Shown in pieces: positions 42,420 through 57,134 of a stretch of DNA of 64,000 bases. Position 1 is the stretch's first letter; every line of letters starts with the position of its first letter. The notes beneath the pieces are model-generated. The model was not told where the DNA came from. It saw only the letters and a program-made list of their open reading frames with translations, and made no database searches. Origin of the DNA: Chrysomallon squamiferum (lineage: Eukaryota; Animalia; Mollusca); NCBI GenBank assembly GCA_012295275.1, contig CM022669.1:1240001-1304000 (forward strand). The letters run 5' to 3'. The translations under genes and the position numbers were made by a program.

Positions 42420-44570
42420 GTCAATATGGAAACACTAATCTTTCACTCTATACTACATGATTAATATGTTAACACTAATGTTTCACTATACACTACATGT
42501 TTAATCTGGTAACACTAATCTCTCACTGTACACTACATGTTTAATCTATAACACTAATCTCTCACTGTACACTACATGTTTAATCTATAACACTAATCTC
42601 TCACTGTATACTACATATTTAATCTATAACACTAATATCTCACTGTACACTACATGTTTAATCTGTAACACTAATCTCTCACTGTACACTACATGTGTAA
42701 TCTATAACACTAATCTCTTACTGTATACTACATGGTTAATCTGGTAACACTAATCTCTCACTGTACATTACATGGTTAATCTATAACACTAATCTCACTG
42801 TACACTATATGTTTAATCTATAACACTAATCTCTCACTGTATACTACATGGTTAATCTGGTAACACTAATCTCTCACTGTACACTACATGTTTAATCTAT
42901 AACACTAATCTGTTACTGTATACTACATGGTTAATCTTGTAACACTAATCTCTCACTGTACACTACATGGTTAATCTTGTAACACTAATCTCTCACTGTA
43001 CACTACATGTTTAATCTATAACACTAATCTGTTACTGTATACTACATGGTTAATCTTGTAACACTAATCTCTCACTGTATACTAATGGTTAATCTATAAC
43101 ACTAATCTCTCACTGTACACTACATGTTTAATCTATAACACTAATCTGTTACTGTATACTACATGGTTAATCTTGTAACACTAATCTCTCACTGTATACT
43201 AATGGTTAATCTATAACACTAATCTCTCACTGTACACTACATGTTTAATCTATAACACTAATCTGTTACTGTATACTACATGGTTAATCTTGTAACACTA
43301 ATCTCTTACTGTATACTACATGGTTAATCTATAACACTAATCTCTCACTGTATACTACATGGTTAATCTTGTAACACTAATCTCTCACTGTACACTATAT
43401 AGTTAATCTATAACACTAATCTCTTACTGTATACTACATGGTTAATCTATAACACTAATCTCTCACTGTATACTACATGGTTAATCTATAACACTAATCT
43501 CTCACTGTACATTACATGGTTAATCTATAACAGTAATCTCTCACTGTACACTACATGTTTAATCTATAACACTAATCTCTCACTGTACATTACATGGTTA
43601 ATCTATAACAGTAATCTCTCACTGTACACTACATGTTTAATCTATAACACTAATCTCTCACTGTACATTACATGGTTAATCTATAACAGTAATCTCTCAC
43701 TGTACACTACATGTTTAATCTATAACACTAATCTCTCACTGTACACTACATGGTTAATCTATAACACTAATCTCTCACTGTACACTACATGTTTAATCTA
43801 TAACACTAATCTCTCACTGTACACTACATGTTTAATCTGGTAACACTAATCTCTCACTGTACACTACATAGTTAATCTATGACACTAATCTCTCACTGTA
43901 CACTACATGTTTAATCTTGTAACAGTAATCTCTCACTGTACACTACATGTTTAATCTATAACACTAATCTGTTACTGTATACTACATGGTTAATCTTGTA
44001 ACACTAATCTCTCACTGTATACTACATGGTTAATCTTGTAACACTGATCTCTCACTATACACTACATAGTTAATCTGGTAACACTAATCTCTCACTGTAC
44101 ACTACATGTTTAATCTTGTAACACTAATCTCTCACTGTACACTATATAGTTAATCTATAACACTAATCTCTCACTGTACACTACATATTTAATCTATAAC
44201 ACTAATCTCTCACTGTACACTATATAGTTAATCTTGTAACACTGATCTCTCAGTGTACACTACATGTTTAATCTATAACACTAATCTCTCAGTGTACACT
44301 ACATGGTTAATCTATAACACTAATCTCTCAGTGTACACTACATGGTTAATCTATAACACTAATCTCTCACTGTACACTACATGTTTAATCTATAACACTA
44401 ATCTCTTACTGTACACTACATGGTTAATCTATAACACTAATCTCTTACTGTACACTACATGGTTAATCTATAACACTAATCTCTCACTGTACACTACATA
44501 TTTAATCTATAACACTAATCTCTCACTGTACACTACATATTTAATCTATAACACTAATCTCTCACTGCAC
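42420..44570. repeat. 39-40-bp minisatellite, ~54 copies
   Basis: 13-aa periodic ORF (YTTWLIYNTNLSL). Confidence 0.95.
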
Positions 44571-44599
44571 TGTAAGTGGGTAAGTTCAATGTGTTTCAG

Positions 44600-44871
44600 C
44601 ATACACACTGCATGGTGAACTGCGATGCTGTCATCCACGTTCTATAAGTAACAGTGGGAAGAGGGTTTTGTTTCCAAGTCAACAGCATCACAGCACTGGG
44701 TCTACCGTAGCAACATTCCTCACTCAGGACGATCTCATCTCTGAGACTGGAAGCTTTGTCAGCACTCTCCCTGATATAAACGAAGAAGATGGTGATGCCA
44801 ATGCTACTGATGATGGTGGTGATGGTGATGATGATGATGATAATGGTAGTGATGATGATGATGATGAGTAG
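44600..44871 (+). CDS. SHFL: Shiftless homologue exon 7: AYTLHGELRCCHPRSISNSGKRVLFPSQQHHSTGSTVATFLTQDDL...acidic Asp tail*
   Basis: tttcAG acceptor in phase 1; C.HP.S...VL.PS..H.S.GSTVAT.L.Q motif and acidic tail as in SHFL; total CDS 861 nt = 286 aa. Confidence 0.94.
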
Positions 44872-45339
44872 CTTGGAACTAATAGAAAGAAAATATTAAC
44901 ATTTTATAATCTGATTTAATTTATTTAATTATTTTATATATCAATTTGACTGTAGTGTAATTAACAATTACTGAAGATTTCATTTTGACTTGATGTAGTT
45001 ATAACTGTTGTAGTTAGTGCCTTATTTTAATTAATATTTAATTTATCTGCAGTCTACCCAATTATTTATGAGTTTGGTGTATAATATTTTTCTCACTTAA
45101 CATTCAGTTTGTTTATTAAATCTTCAGTTATTCATTCTTCAGTTCTACAATTCGACATTCCACTTTGATATGTTTCTTCTATTCAGTGAATTTAATATCT
45201 GTGTTTTAATCCTACATTTTTAATCTGTTATTAAGTATGTTATGTGTTATTTGCTATAATTTTTTTAATAATTGTATTTTCTACCACTAAGTCTGTTGTC
45301 ACAAAATGTCATAATGCTCACCCTTGTTATAATCCACTA

Positions 45340-45371
45340 AATAAAAATATGTTCAGATATTCATGAATAAA
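45340..45371 (+). promoter_or_regulatory. Candidate SHFL polyadenylation signals
   Basis: AATAAA at 45340 and 45366 after an AT-rich 3'UTR-like stretch. Confidence 0.45.
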
Positions 45372-46547
45372 CATGAGTTAAGAGTTTCATACGTATATTC
45401 AACAGAAAATACGATTGACTGAATTATAAAACAATGACCAGTGATTTGTTCTGTAATATCCAGTCAGCAGCATCATAATTATTGACTATCTCTCCTGTTT
45501 TGAATTGTATACCAATTTGAAAATGGTCCAAGACATTCTGGTAATCCTAAAGAATCATCTCAACACAAAGTTTCAAGTATCTCAGTTAAGTCTCTCGGAG
45601 CATACAGAATATTTTATGTATTTATTTACTCAGTTATCATTTCAATTTCATTTACTGAGCATTTGATAGAAATCATGTTTTAAAATCTATTTTGCAGAAG
45701 AAAAAAAGCAGTTTTTCTGGATGGTAAAAACTGATTTTATATACATGTGTATGTATATTTACAGGGTTTCCAGTTTGTGTCACAGTCTTGTTTGTTTTCA
45801 TTGCTTCATCATAATCATAACTGATTCTTTGTGATGTTGCGCGAAATGAGAAAAAATTAAATAAAAATTAAATTAAAAAACGAAATCATAAATTAACAAC
45901 CATCTACAAAAGAAAGAAAACAAATCCAATCACAACAGAAAACACATCTGCAAGGCAGCTTTTTAATTAAATGTCATTTTGAATTTTATACTTTTCTCAC
46001 ATCTGAAAATAGCAGCTTGCTTCATTGTTTGAAATAACTAAAGAGTTTGTTGAACACATTGTCTCTAATCTGTAAAACTGTGTTCAGTGATTTCATTTCA
46101 TACAGTAATCACATATCCAGCTCTTTTTCAGACATCCACACACAAAACATGCATGCATACATACACACATATATATACTCACATATGAACACACACACAT
46201 ATGCACACAAAGATGTACCTTGAATGAGAAAATGCACTTAAAATCCATAAACTCTTATTCCTATTTTTATATATATATTTTGCATTTCAAGATAAATTAT
46301 ACCTAATATACACTTAGTTATTACTATTAAAAAGTAAATGTTTTAAGTTATTGCGTTTTTCTATAATTTATTTTTTTATATAAGCACAAATGCTCATGAT
46401 TTTAACATGTTTCTGTTAATTTTAAAATTTACACTGCATTTTAGAAAATAAATATAGAAATCATTTATTTTGTTGTTTTTATTATTTTATTTTATTTCGT
46501 ATTAATTTTCTTGCAATCTCTTATACTGTCTGTGTCTCTTACTGTCG

Positions 46548-46635
<88 letters not shown>

Positions 46636-46982
46636 GTATGAATTATAATGATCTAGATATGCATTAATTATCTCATGAACGGTAACTTGCATGATTTTGT
46701 GCTTACGACTCTATGTGGATTACCTCCCTTGGTTCGTTTCTCTCATTTTAGTTTTATAAACATTAAATAACAACAACAAGATTTATTTATTTATTTAAAA
46801 CCATAGTGATAATAGTGTTGTGGAGCGTTGCTATTTAGATGTTTGAAGTTAACGTTAAACTGACTGGAAAAACTGTGTGTAAATGTATTTAAATATAAAA
46901 TATTTGTTTTTTCTCCAAGAAAAACACAGATTTCGTCACTTTACACACCACATAGGTCGCTTGCATATTGAGTGTGAATGTG

Positions 46983-47063
<81 letters not shown>

Positions 47064-48069
47064 CCGACACATTTTTATATATATGCTATCTTAAAATATG
47101 TATCATTCTTAATTTAAAAATATATATTTGCTAACATAAAACAAATATGTTTTTTTTTCTGGTAAGCGGTATTCAGAATGTCCTGTATTTCAAAGAGTCA
47201 TACAATCATATTTTTAAAATAGATAATTTCATGTTCAGATTTTTATCAGCTTCATTACCTTGGACGACAGAAATATTAAACGTGCACACACTGTAATGTA
47301 ACGTGAGATAAAATAACAGTGATTTTCTGACATTTAAAACTGATTGGCTATCAGAATGGCACGCGTGCATTGTGCTTTGTTTTCTTCGTCAGCTTTGAAT
47401 ATTCAGAATGGCTTCAAAAACACTCAGTCAGGATATAGTTTTGTTCTGTTTTGATGCTAGTTTCATTTCCGAGACACTATACACATATAAAATATTGTGT
47501 TATGACTATTCATATATTTTACTCTTGCACAGAAAAAAATATACTCTATACAGAAAAAGAAAAAAAAAAAAAGAATTATTTGTATTGCTTTTCAATTTTA
47601 TTTCTTTTTAACTTTTATTTACATTTTTATATTTCAATTATTATTTCCTTCTTATTACTGGATCATAGGTCGGTGTATATGATTATGAATGTTCTAACAG
47701 GTTATCATTTTCCATTAATATAGTAAAGACCACATTATGTTTAATAAATAAATAGTCCTTCTTTAAAACAAAATACGCACTAGTGACTACGACAAGAAAA
47801 CATGAAAGTTCCTCGTCATTCTCCCGTCCTCGTGACCCATCCTGCACTACGTCTTGCTTCTAGCAATGAACCCAGCAGAAACGTACAAATTACGTTAGAG
47901 AATCGACCACGTCGGAAACCCAGTCGCTGCTGTTGTGAGCAAAAGTCGGCGAAAATAATTAAGCGTCATTTTAATCTTTTTCGATGAACGAAAATCAATG
48001 GAAAATCGAAAGAGCAGACGACTAGCACTGGCGTGCTACCAGACCGCGACACAGTTTAAACAAATACAC

Positions 48070-48450
48070 ACTCGCATATTAATTTTTAACTCAACGATTA
48101 CGTTGTAACTCGCATATTACGTTACAACTCGTATATTACTTTACAGCTCGCATATTACGTTACAGCTCGTATGTTACGTTACAACTCGTATATTACTTTA
48201 CAACTCGTATAAGTTTTAACTTACATATTACGTTGTAACTCGTATATTACGCTATAATTATAATATTATGTTTTATCTGTCATAATTATGTTTTAACTCG
48301 TAAACTACAATACAACATGAACTGCTTTTAGCTCGTACAATACGTTATAACTAGCACATTACTCTATACATCCTATATTACGTTACAGCTGCTATATTAT
48401 GTTGTAACTCGTATGTTATGCTATAATTAGTATATAATTTATAACTCGTA
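48070..48450. repeat. Degenerate ~19-bp repeat (AACTCGTATATTACGTTAC)
   Basis: Recurrent ctcg(c/t)atattac cores. Confidence 0.75.
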
Positions 48451-49660
48451 TTGTTATCTCAGATTTATAGGCCTAAGTCAACTGTTTCGTTTGTTCTGTT
48501 TTGATTTCTAACTGTGAGAAATAACTTCAAATGTTATATGAAAATGTATGCACCATATATCATGCAAATCTCTGTCTTATTCTTAAATTGTGTCCGTCTG
48601 TCTGTCTTTCTTTGTATATCTGTCTCTTAGTCTCTCTCTTACTCCCCCCTCCCGTCTCACAAATACACGTACTGTTATTTATTGATATGGACATAATTAT
48701 TAGTGTAAGGAATTGTGACAGTATAAATAATTTTCTATCACATTAAAAACCCTGTTCTCGGTAGAATTGTAACTGTCGTTATGTGATATTTAACTTATTT
48801 ATGTCTGTAGATAAATTTACGCGATGTGTCGCTTTGAATTCGTCGCTGCTGAGACGTTACAGACGAGTCAGAAGTCTGGAGGGAAAGCTTCAACTCGTCT
48901 CTTCTCGGTTACTGCTTTTTCTTCTCCACTTACATCTCCTCTCAGTTACGTCACTAATATTTGCAGCGTTTGAGTACGTCTGAAAATTAATTCAGATTTT
49001 ACTGAAATGTCGTTTGAAAGTTTTGTCAGATCATCAGCGTCTTTTGATCAGTTTTTCTTCTTTTTCTTTGTTTTCGTCACCTCTTTCATTCTTTCTCTTT
49101 TATTCTTTTCAGGGTTGTAGTTGTTGCTGATGCTGTTGTTGCTGTTGTTTTGTGTCAGTAATTATACCAGTGACCCTCTATTCTCATTTCTATTTTAAAA
49201 AATTACTAACTAAACTTTAAACAATGTTAGTGACTTTTTAACATTTTTCAAATTATTATTTATAGTCTGAGTTTACTGAATAGTGTTTCTCAGTTCCACG
49301 AAATGATTATCATGTGTTAATAAAGAGATTAAGAATAAATAAATAAATAACGTAAGAAAGAAAGAAGAAAAAACATTTACAAATGAATTAAAATGATTCT
49401 GTGGAACTAACAAATTTCTGCTGTTATGACGTCACGTTTTCCTCCATGTAAATAAAACTCGTTCATTACCCCACGCGCTTCAAAAAACTGCCGAAGTCAC
49501 TAAACCATGTTCGGAGAAGCAATTCGGACATGTACTTAAAACTAATGTCGACAGCTAATGTCCGAAATTCCCTCGCTTAGTTTCCGAAGTGTGCAATTTC
49601 CTGGTGATTAACAACGGAAAACTCTCCATTCTGCGGAACGGGCCAGTGATTGGTTGAAAT

Positions 49661-50071
49661 GACTGTGTTTGTGTGTGTCCAGCTCAAATAACAGAACTCA
49701 GCCTGTGTGATTCCTGACTGTGTTTGTGTGTGTCCAGATCAAATAACAGAACTCAGCCTGTGTGATTCCTGACTGTGTTTGAGATTCCTGACTGTGTTTG
49801 TGTGTGTCCAGATCAAATAACAGAACTCAGCCTGTGTGATTCCTGACTGTGTTTGTGTGTGTCCAGATCAAATAACAGAACTCAGCCTGTGTGATTCCTG
49901 ACTGTGTTTGTGTGTGTCCAGATCAAATAACACAACTCAGCCTGTGTGATTCCTGACTGTGTTTGTGTGTGTCCAGATCAAATAACACAGCTCAGCCTGT
50001 ATGATTCCTGACTGTGTTTGTGTGTGTCCAGCTCAAATAACACAACTCAGCCTGTGTGATTCCTGACGTCA
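49661..50071. repeat. Homogeneous 55-bp minisatellite, ~7 copies plus one internally deleted copy
   Basis: Unit GACTGTGTTTGTGTGTGTCCAGATCAAATAACAGAACTCAGCCTGTGTGATTCCT at 49661, 49716 and onward. Confidence 0.93.
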
Positions 50072-50177
50072 TCAAAAACTCACTTGTCTCTGCAACGCAT
50101 CGTTCTCAGATTAACTAGGAACTTTAACTTGATTATTATTATTATTGTTGTTGTTGCTGTTGTTGTTGTTGTTGTTG

Positions 50178-50247
<70 letters not shown>

Positions 50248-50680
50248 GTTGTTGTTGTTGTTGTTGTTGTTTTATTTGTTGTTTTATTTTTATTTATATA
50301 TATATCTTTTTTTTTTTTTTTTTTTAATCATAATGTTCATTTTCATTATTATTGTTATTATTATTGTAGTTGCTGTGTTGTGTTTCTACAAATCGTGTCT
50401 CCCCTCTGTGATGTTTTCTGCCTCTCCCTGGCAGTGTTAAAGAGTATTTAGATCTCTGCCTACGCGCCCATTGATCAGCGTGCACTTTGGAGACCTGGGT
50501 ATCGACGTCTGTCGACTCTAACAACTTTGAACATTTAAACTTCATTAGACGTGAAACAGAAGTAACCTCCTTTACTGTGAGTTACGACAACAACACAGCG
50601 ACAACAAAAACAATCACAGACTAAACATTTGCGGGTAATTGGCCACAATACTATTCTACTGATGTTAAACAAACAAACAA

Positions 50681-50767
<87 letters not shown>

Positions 50768-52188
50768 TAAGTGAAAACGATTAAAATAAAAATCAACTCT
50801 AATACAATAAAAAATTGCTAAAACATATTTTACTGCTAAACATTCTCTGCTTCAGTCTCTCTCTGTCTATCTTTTTTTGTTGTCTTTCTTCTCTCTGTCT
50901 GTGTCTCAGTGCATGTGTGTGTATATATAGAACACGCACACAAACACACACACACACACACATACATATATATATATATTAATGCATATAAACCTATCAT
51001 TTTTTGCTCTGTGTCTATCTTTATTTTTCTCTCTGCTTCATTCTCTCTTTCTAAAAGGCTTTTATAATGTCTCTTTTGTCCTACTGTCCTTCTTGTTGTT
51101 GTGTAATCTTGTCATCAGCCATCAATATCATCATCATCAATGCATTAATAAACCATTTTCATGGTTAATGACTTACGAGATTTCTGTCTTTAACTTGCTG
51201 TGCGATACTTGATCACTGCACAAACACAAGAAAAGGAAAAAAAAACATAAATTGTGTTGGCCACATCTAACTAAAATATTCAGCGTACTGAGAAACGTCT
51301 TTATTAATAGGCAGCTAGACTGGGTAAAATAAAAGAAAGAAAATAAAAAATAAAAGAATTAGCTGAAAAGAAAGAAAAAATAAATAAATAAAAAAGATCG
51401 ACAGTAGAGAAAAGATTTTTTTAAGACATTTTTTCCAAAGTATAATAACACAGTTATTTGGAAATCGATGAGAAATTAAATTTCAGACTGGAATTGCCTG
51501 TCTGTGTAAAGATCTTGTTTGGTGCTGTACTACAAGTGATTAGGGAGGGAGCAGGTTGAACTCTTTATTTTGTCAGATGTAGTTTTTTGTGTGTGTGTGT
51601 AAATGTATGTATGCATGTGTGAGTGTGTGTATATGTATGTGTATATGTAGTTCAGGATTTTGAATATTATCTGATTAGATTCTGCACATAGACAATATCC
51701 GGGAACGCAATGTGTGTATGTATATATGTATGTATGTTTGTATTATGTACATGTGTATGTTTGTGTGTCTGCAAGACAACATTTTATTAGTTTTTAATGT
51801 TATATAATTTCTGTCGCGCCTCTGCTAGCCGCTGTTTGAGCTACATCATTGCATCGTGTCGGTTATAAACGAGATTGTGCGAGGCGTCGGTTCAGATTGT
51901 ATCAACAAGCTCACAGTAAATTACTGCGCCCCGTACAAAATGTGGCATTTCTCAAACTTTCATTAATTTAAGTAAAACATTATTTTCTTCCTCTTTCGCT
52001 TAATATGATCAATATACGTGATCTTCTCTAACCTTTTCTGTTAAAAAAATGTTGAAGGGAAAAAGATTACTGTTATGTTAAACAGAAATTATATAATGTT
52101 TATCTCGACCATGAGATTAATTCGTCCTGTTTGTTTAATGTATGAATATTTTTATGAGTATCAGAAAGATATATATATATATATAAAT

Positions 52189-52274
<86 letters not shown>

Positions 52275-53803
52275 TGTGTGTAGTAGATATAGATGAGGAA
52301 TAAATTAGGGTTGTGTTGGAGGTTGTTTAGTGACTGATTACAATGGTGTCTTGACGTCATGTTAAAAGAAGAATATGTTTGTACAAGGACTAAGATCTTC
52401 CCTCTTTGTGTTTCCTTTATAACACTGTTAGTATCGAGAAAACCCGAGAAAAAAAAAAAGAAAAAAAAAGAAACAAATAAAAAACATTCAAGAAATCCAG
52501 GCATAAGACTGATGTTGATTACACGATCTATACAAATTTAATACAACTCATTATTCATGATAAATCACCAGTTAAAACAAAACAATTCTACGTTCCAGTT
52601 TTTTCCTCCATTATCTACTTGACGTATTGGTCGGTCACAGTTTTGTTGACATATTTATTTAATTTGTTTTGGGAACTGAACGAATCTGGAAGGTAACTGC
52701 AAATGACATCTTTGTTGCGCTTGCTAATCTCGGTGCGCTGAAACAAGTGAAGGAAATTTATGTGGACATTTTACACAATGTTTCATTTCGTTCACTGAAA
52801 CGAGGCTCGTGCAATAACGGCCAAGGGATTTCCAACTGGGTCAGTTTTGTTTCCCTAAATGAATGTCTTCTGGTTATTGGCGCGAAATATTGATTTTCTA
52901 GGACATGTTTATTTGTACAAACATTTGGTGAAGTTGCTAGAAGAATTTGACGGCATTTTATTATATAAAACAATATTAACAGTATAAAATACAGCTTGTC
53001 TGACAAATTAATCATTAGATAATATCAAAATATAAAACATAAATAAATAAATAAACAAAAATGTTAAGAAATATCTGATATAACATGGTCAACTCTTCTA
53101 AATTCAGCAATCAGAAAAATATATTCTGCAACAACAACAACAACAATAATAGATGATGTTGATGTTAATTAATTAATACTGAACGGATGGTAGAAAGCAG
53201 TTCATTAGTGTTTTATTTCTTTCTCCATTCCTTTATTCTTTCAGTCATTCACTAGGCAGCCGGTTTCTGCTATCTGAAGACTGATTGTATCTCTGCCGCA
53301 TTGCTCGTGAATTATGGCAATTTTCAAATCAGAGAATGGAAGGCTTGTAATTTAGTGGAAAACTTTCATTTTGCTAACAGTTATTTTCTGTCCGTTCTTT
53401 GCCACAGTCCCTCAGTGATTCATGGTTTGTGTTGTAAATTGCGCCAAATTGATAGCGCTCCCAGTCGACACAGCACACAAGCGACCCCGCCTCGCACGCC
53501 TCTCTAGAACTCTGTCCGACTTCCCCATTTACCGTAATTGAGCCTCTTTTAGTAAATGAGAAAACGTGACATCTACCAGAGAGATAGCGGAGCCTAACCC
53601 TTTGCACGTGCAGAAATACTGACAACATGGAATGAAGAGAAGCGCGTTCCTTCCTACTGAACGAGGAAGAGAAGAAGAAGAAGAAAAAAGACTGAAGTAA
53701 ATCAGGGTAATTGAGATTTCTTCTTTAAATAATGCAGAGTCTGCGTTTTCCTTAGAACATTAATGACAATACGCCCAGCAAGTTGTTATAAATCTGTGTG
53801 TGT

Positions 53804-53865
<62 letters not shown>

Positions 53866-53914
53866 TAAAAAGACAGACAGATACAAAAAGATTAACAGAT
53901 AGCGAGAATTATAT

Positions 53915-53962
<48 letters not shown>

Positions 53963-55112
53963 GAACGAGATAACAAAAAACAAATTTTCTCTTATTTGTG
54001 AATGAAATTTTTATTTTTATGACGTCCTGGCTTCGTGTTTTCTTAGATTTGATCTCGCAGATTACTTGTGTTTGTACAACAGAGCGGCAACACGCGCAGA
54101 CGTCGAGGCAATTTGAATAAAGCTTTTCTCGCAGTTAGCCATGTTTGGAAATCGTGCGAATATCGCTATTGGCCCGAAAGTCGTGTTTGTTCAAAATGAA
54201 TTGGTCGCCGCTGCAAAATCAGTTACTGGATAAATTGATAGGAACTTTCATTTCTATATTTTTGTTTCAGAAATAATTCCTTATAAAGTACACTTTTTCT
54301 TTTTTTACTTTGGTGCAGACAGTTCACAAGTAACCATGCTAAACATGAAAAAAAAAAAAAAAAATGAAAAGAAGAAGAACAACAACAACAATAATGATGA
54401 TGATGATGATGATGATGGTAATATTTTTTGGCTCTCTGTTTTAATATACATCATTACAGTTGTTTGGTTTTTTTTGTGTTTTTTTTTACTATTTATTTTA
54501 CAGTCTAGTGAAAAATTACAAAGGTTAAACGTTAAGACGAAATATGAACTTTGCTTTATGGATAAAAGTTGTTTGTGGAAAATCGAATCTTTGTGGATTC
54601 ACCGTTCGCATCATTGTTCTAAGAAGCGTTTGTTTGTTTGTTTAAAAACAACAACAACAATAACAGCAGCGAAGTCACGTGATATTATCATCATTTTCAG
54701 TGTTGTTGTTATCAAAAAAACTGACCATTCTCAATTACAATTACGTCATATAGTATGAAGTACATACGTCATATGTTAAGTAAGCGGTTGCTAGGAGACA
54801 AACAGTAATAAGAAGTAGCAGACGCTGAGTAAACAGTGAGTGTTTATTTTGTGTATTTACAGAACGTTCTCTGCAGCTACTACTGAAATGTCATTACTGC
54901 GGGCTACTACTTTAGATTTTATCACCGCCGGTCAGTTCTACAGCGTTAACAACAACCAGTCTACACGACTCTGGATCATTTGACAATCCGTAATTTGAAG
55001 AAATCGCTTAGTGTCTCCTTGGGTTATGGATCCACTGGCTGATTCGTCTTTGATTAAATAAACATCGCACTCGAAGAATTTCTGTAAGATTTGCTTTTCG
55101 TTTAAATTGTTC

Positions 55113-55210
<98 letters not shown>

Positions 55211-55293
55211 AATGATGGTGGTAATGATAACCATAACAGAAAGACAGACGGATGTGTGGATAGATTAGCGGAAGGTAATAATTATAAAAACGA

Positions 55294-55367
<74 letters not shown>

Positions 55368-55745
55368 CAACAATAACAATAACAGTAACAAGAAGAAGAA
55401 GAAGAAATTATTAAAAGAAAAGAATAAAGAGAATAAAGAAAAGTTTAAGTGTTATTTACTTATAAGACGAGAGTGAGAAGATTTCTGTAATCCGATGCTG
55501 TAGGCGTGTCTATCAACATTCGTCTCTGAAATCACTAATAACCCGCTCGTTTCAGCTCAAAACGGAAAACGCTGCGAGGGAGATGCTAGGAAGAGAAACG
55601 CGATAATGAACGATGTAATATTCCGTGTTACAGATTACTGTCTTTTGTTCACAAACACCGCTTAATTTAAAACTAATACAACACGATCAGTTACATCGCT
55701 TGTACAGACAGTCAGATAAATAACACGCCAACAGGAGTGAGTCAT

Positions 55746-55835
<90 letters not shown>

Positions 55836-56697
55836 CGTTGACCATAAATATAGCTTTTCGGCACGGGACTGTGCTTACTTTGATGAATTACTTGTTATTT
55901 ACGTGTCTGTATCACTCAAAGTTTCTTCTTTTGGCTCTAACTGCTGATTTAGATCCTAAAACACATTTTGAAAAGAGTTTTCATTGAAAAAATAGCAAAT
56001 AAATTGTTGTTATTTAAGAACTGTTCTGTTTTCGTGTAGGCCTATAACAACAACGAAATCAACACCTGTAATATTAAGACTGTAACCAGTTATTCCCTAC
56101 AGATATAAAATTAAATATTTACCATACACGTAACCGTTACTTATTTCAAATTCACGATTTATATATTTATTTATCGTTGTTTTATTTATCATCATCATCA
56201 TCGTTGCTGTTGCTATTGTTGTTGTTGTTGATTTATGTATTTATTTATAATGTTAATATGTTGTTTTTGGTGACAGTTTTTAATCAAGTTTACCAGTCTG
56301 GTACTTGAACTATCTGCGCAGTGGAGTTTGTGCAACAACTAATGGCTTTGATCGATTGTATGTTGATAAATAGCAAAGGAACGTCATGTTGTGATGTTTA
56401 AACTTTTCCCTAATTCATTTCCTGCAGACAACAATATTTTACAGTCACCTTCAGTTCAAAGCAGTTATTTACTGTTCTGTATGTTACAGACTCAGTCATC
56501 TCAAAATACAAATAAGAGAAGAAAAAAAAAAAAAAAAAAAATGGTTATTGGTGCAGTTATAAAATTTACTCGATGGAAAGAGGGTTGAAAGAGGGTTGCA
56601 AAAAGGTTGAAAAAGGGTTGCTGTGATGGTACAGTGGGACTCAGAGTAACTTATCAGTACCTAGAGGTAAGGTTTCAAGTGGGAAATGGCGGTAAGT

Positions 56698-57134
56698 TCA
56701 AATTCTGTGAATTTTCCAGATGTGTTTCCCCATATGTATAGTACTCCTTCTTGTAGCATAAATTAACATTTGTCCTGTATCGGGGTTAGAACGTACGACA
56801 TCTGAGTCCCGAGACGTAGTACTTGACTGCAGTAAGACTTTTAACAGTGTCCTTGTCAATCTAAACATGAGTGTTGCACCATTTTCCTTTTCTCTGCGAC
56901 TTTCTTGTTGTGACCGCTGCTGTTGTGGCCGCTGTTGTTGTTTGTGTGTTGATTGCTGTCTGCGTTGATTCGATTTATTTGTCCACCGCCAGTGAAACAG
57001 CTCTCCACAGGACAGTAATGACTGGCACAAGCGGCTAAACACGAGCTGACCGCGTGCTAATGACCACAACGAGGCTAAAGCCATAAACTGGACAAATCGG
57101 ATTACATGTACGAAATAACCATACAAACGAGCAT
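56698..57134 (-). CDS. Possible terminal exon or ORF of unknown function (hydrophobic N-part, Q/R-rich middle)
   Basis: Non-repetitive ~145-codon open frame; ctgcAG acceptor at 57135-57136 on the - strand; no recognisable family. Confidence 0.25.

Noticed and set aside
49661-50071. CRISPR-like regular repeats here and in other arrays
   Set aside because: No unique spacers, no cas genes, and a spliceosomal eukaryotic context.
57020-57126. Signal-like stretch followed by QLVFSR resembling AKH/ACP neuropeptides
   Set aside because: Lacks the conserved Trp and the G-K-R amidation/cleavage site.
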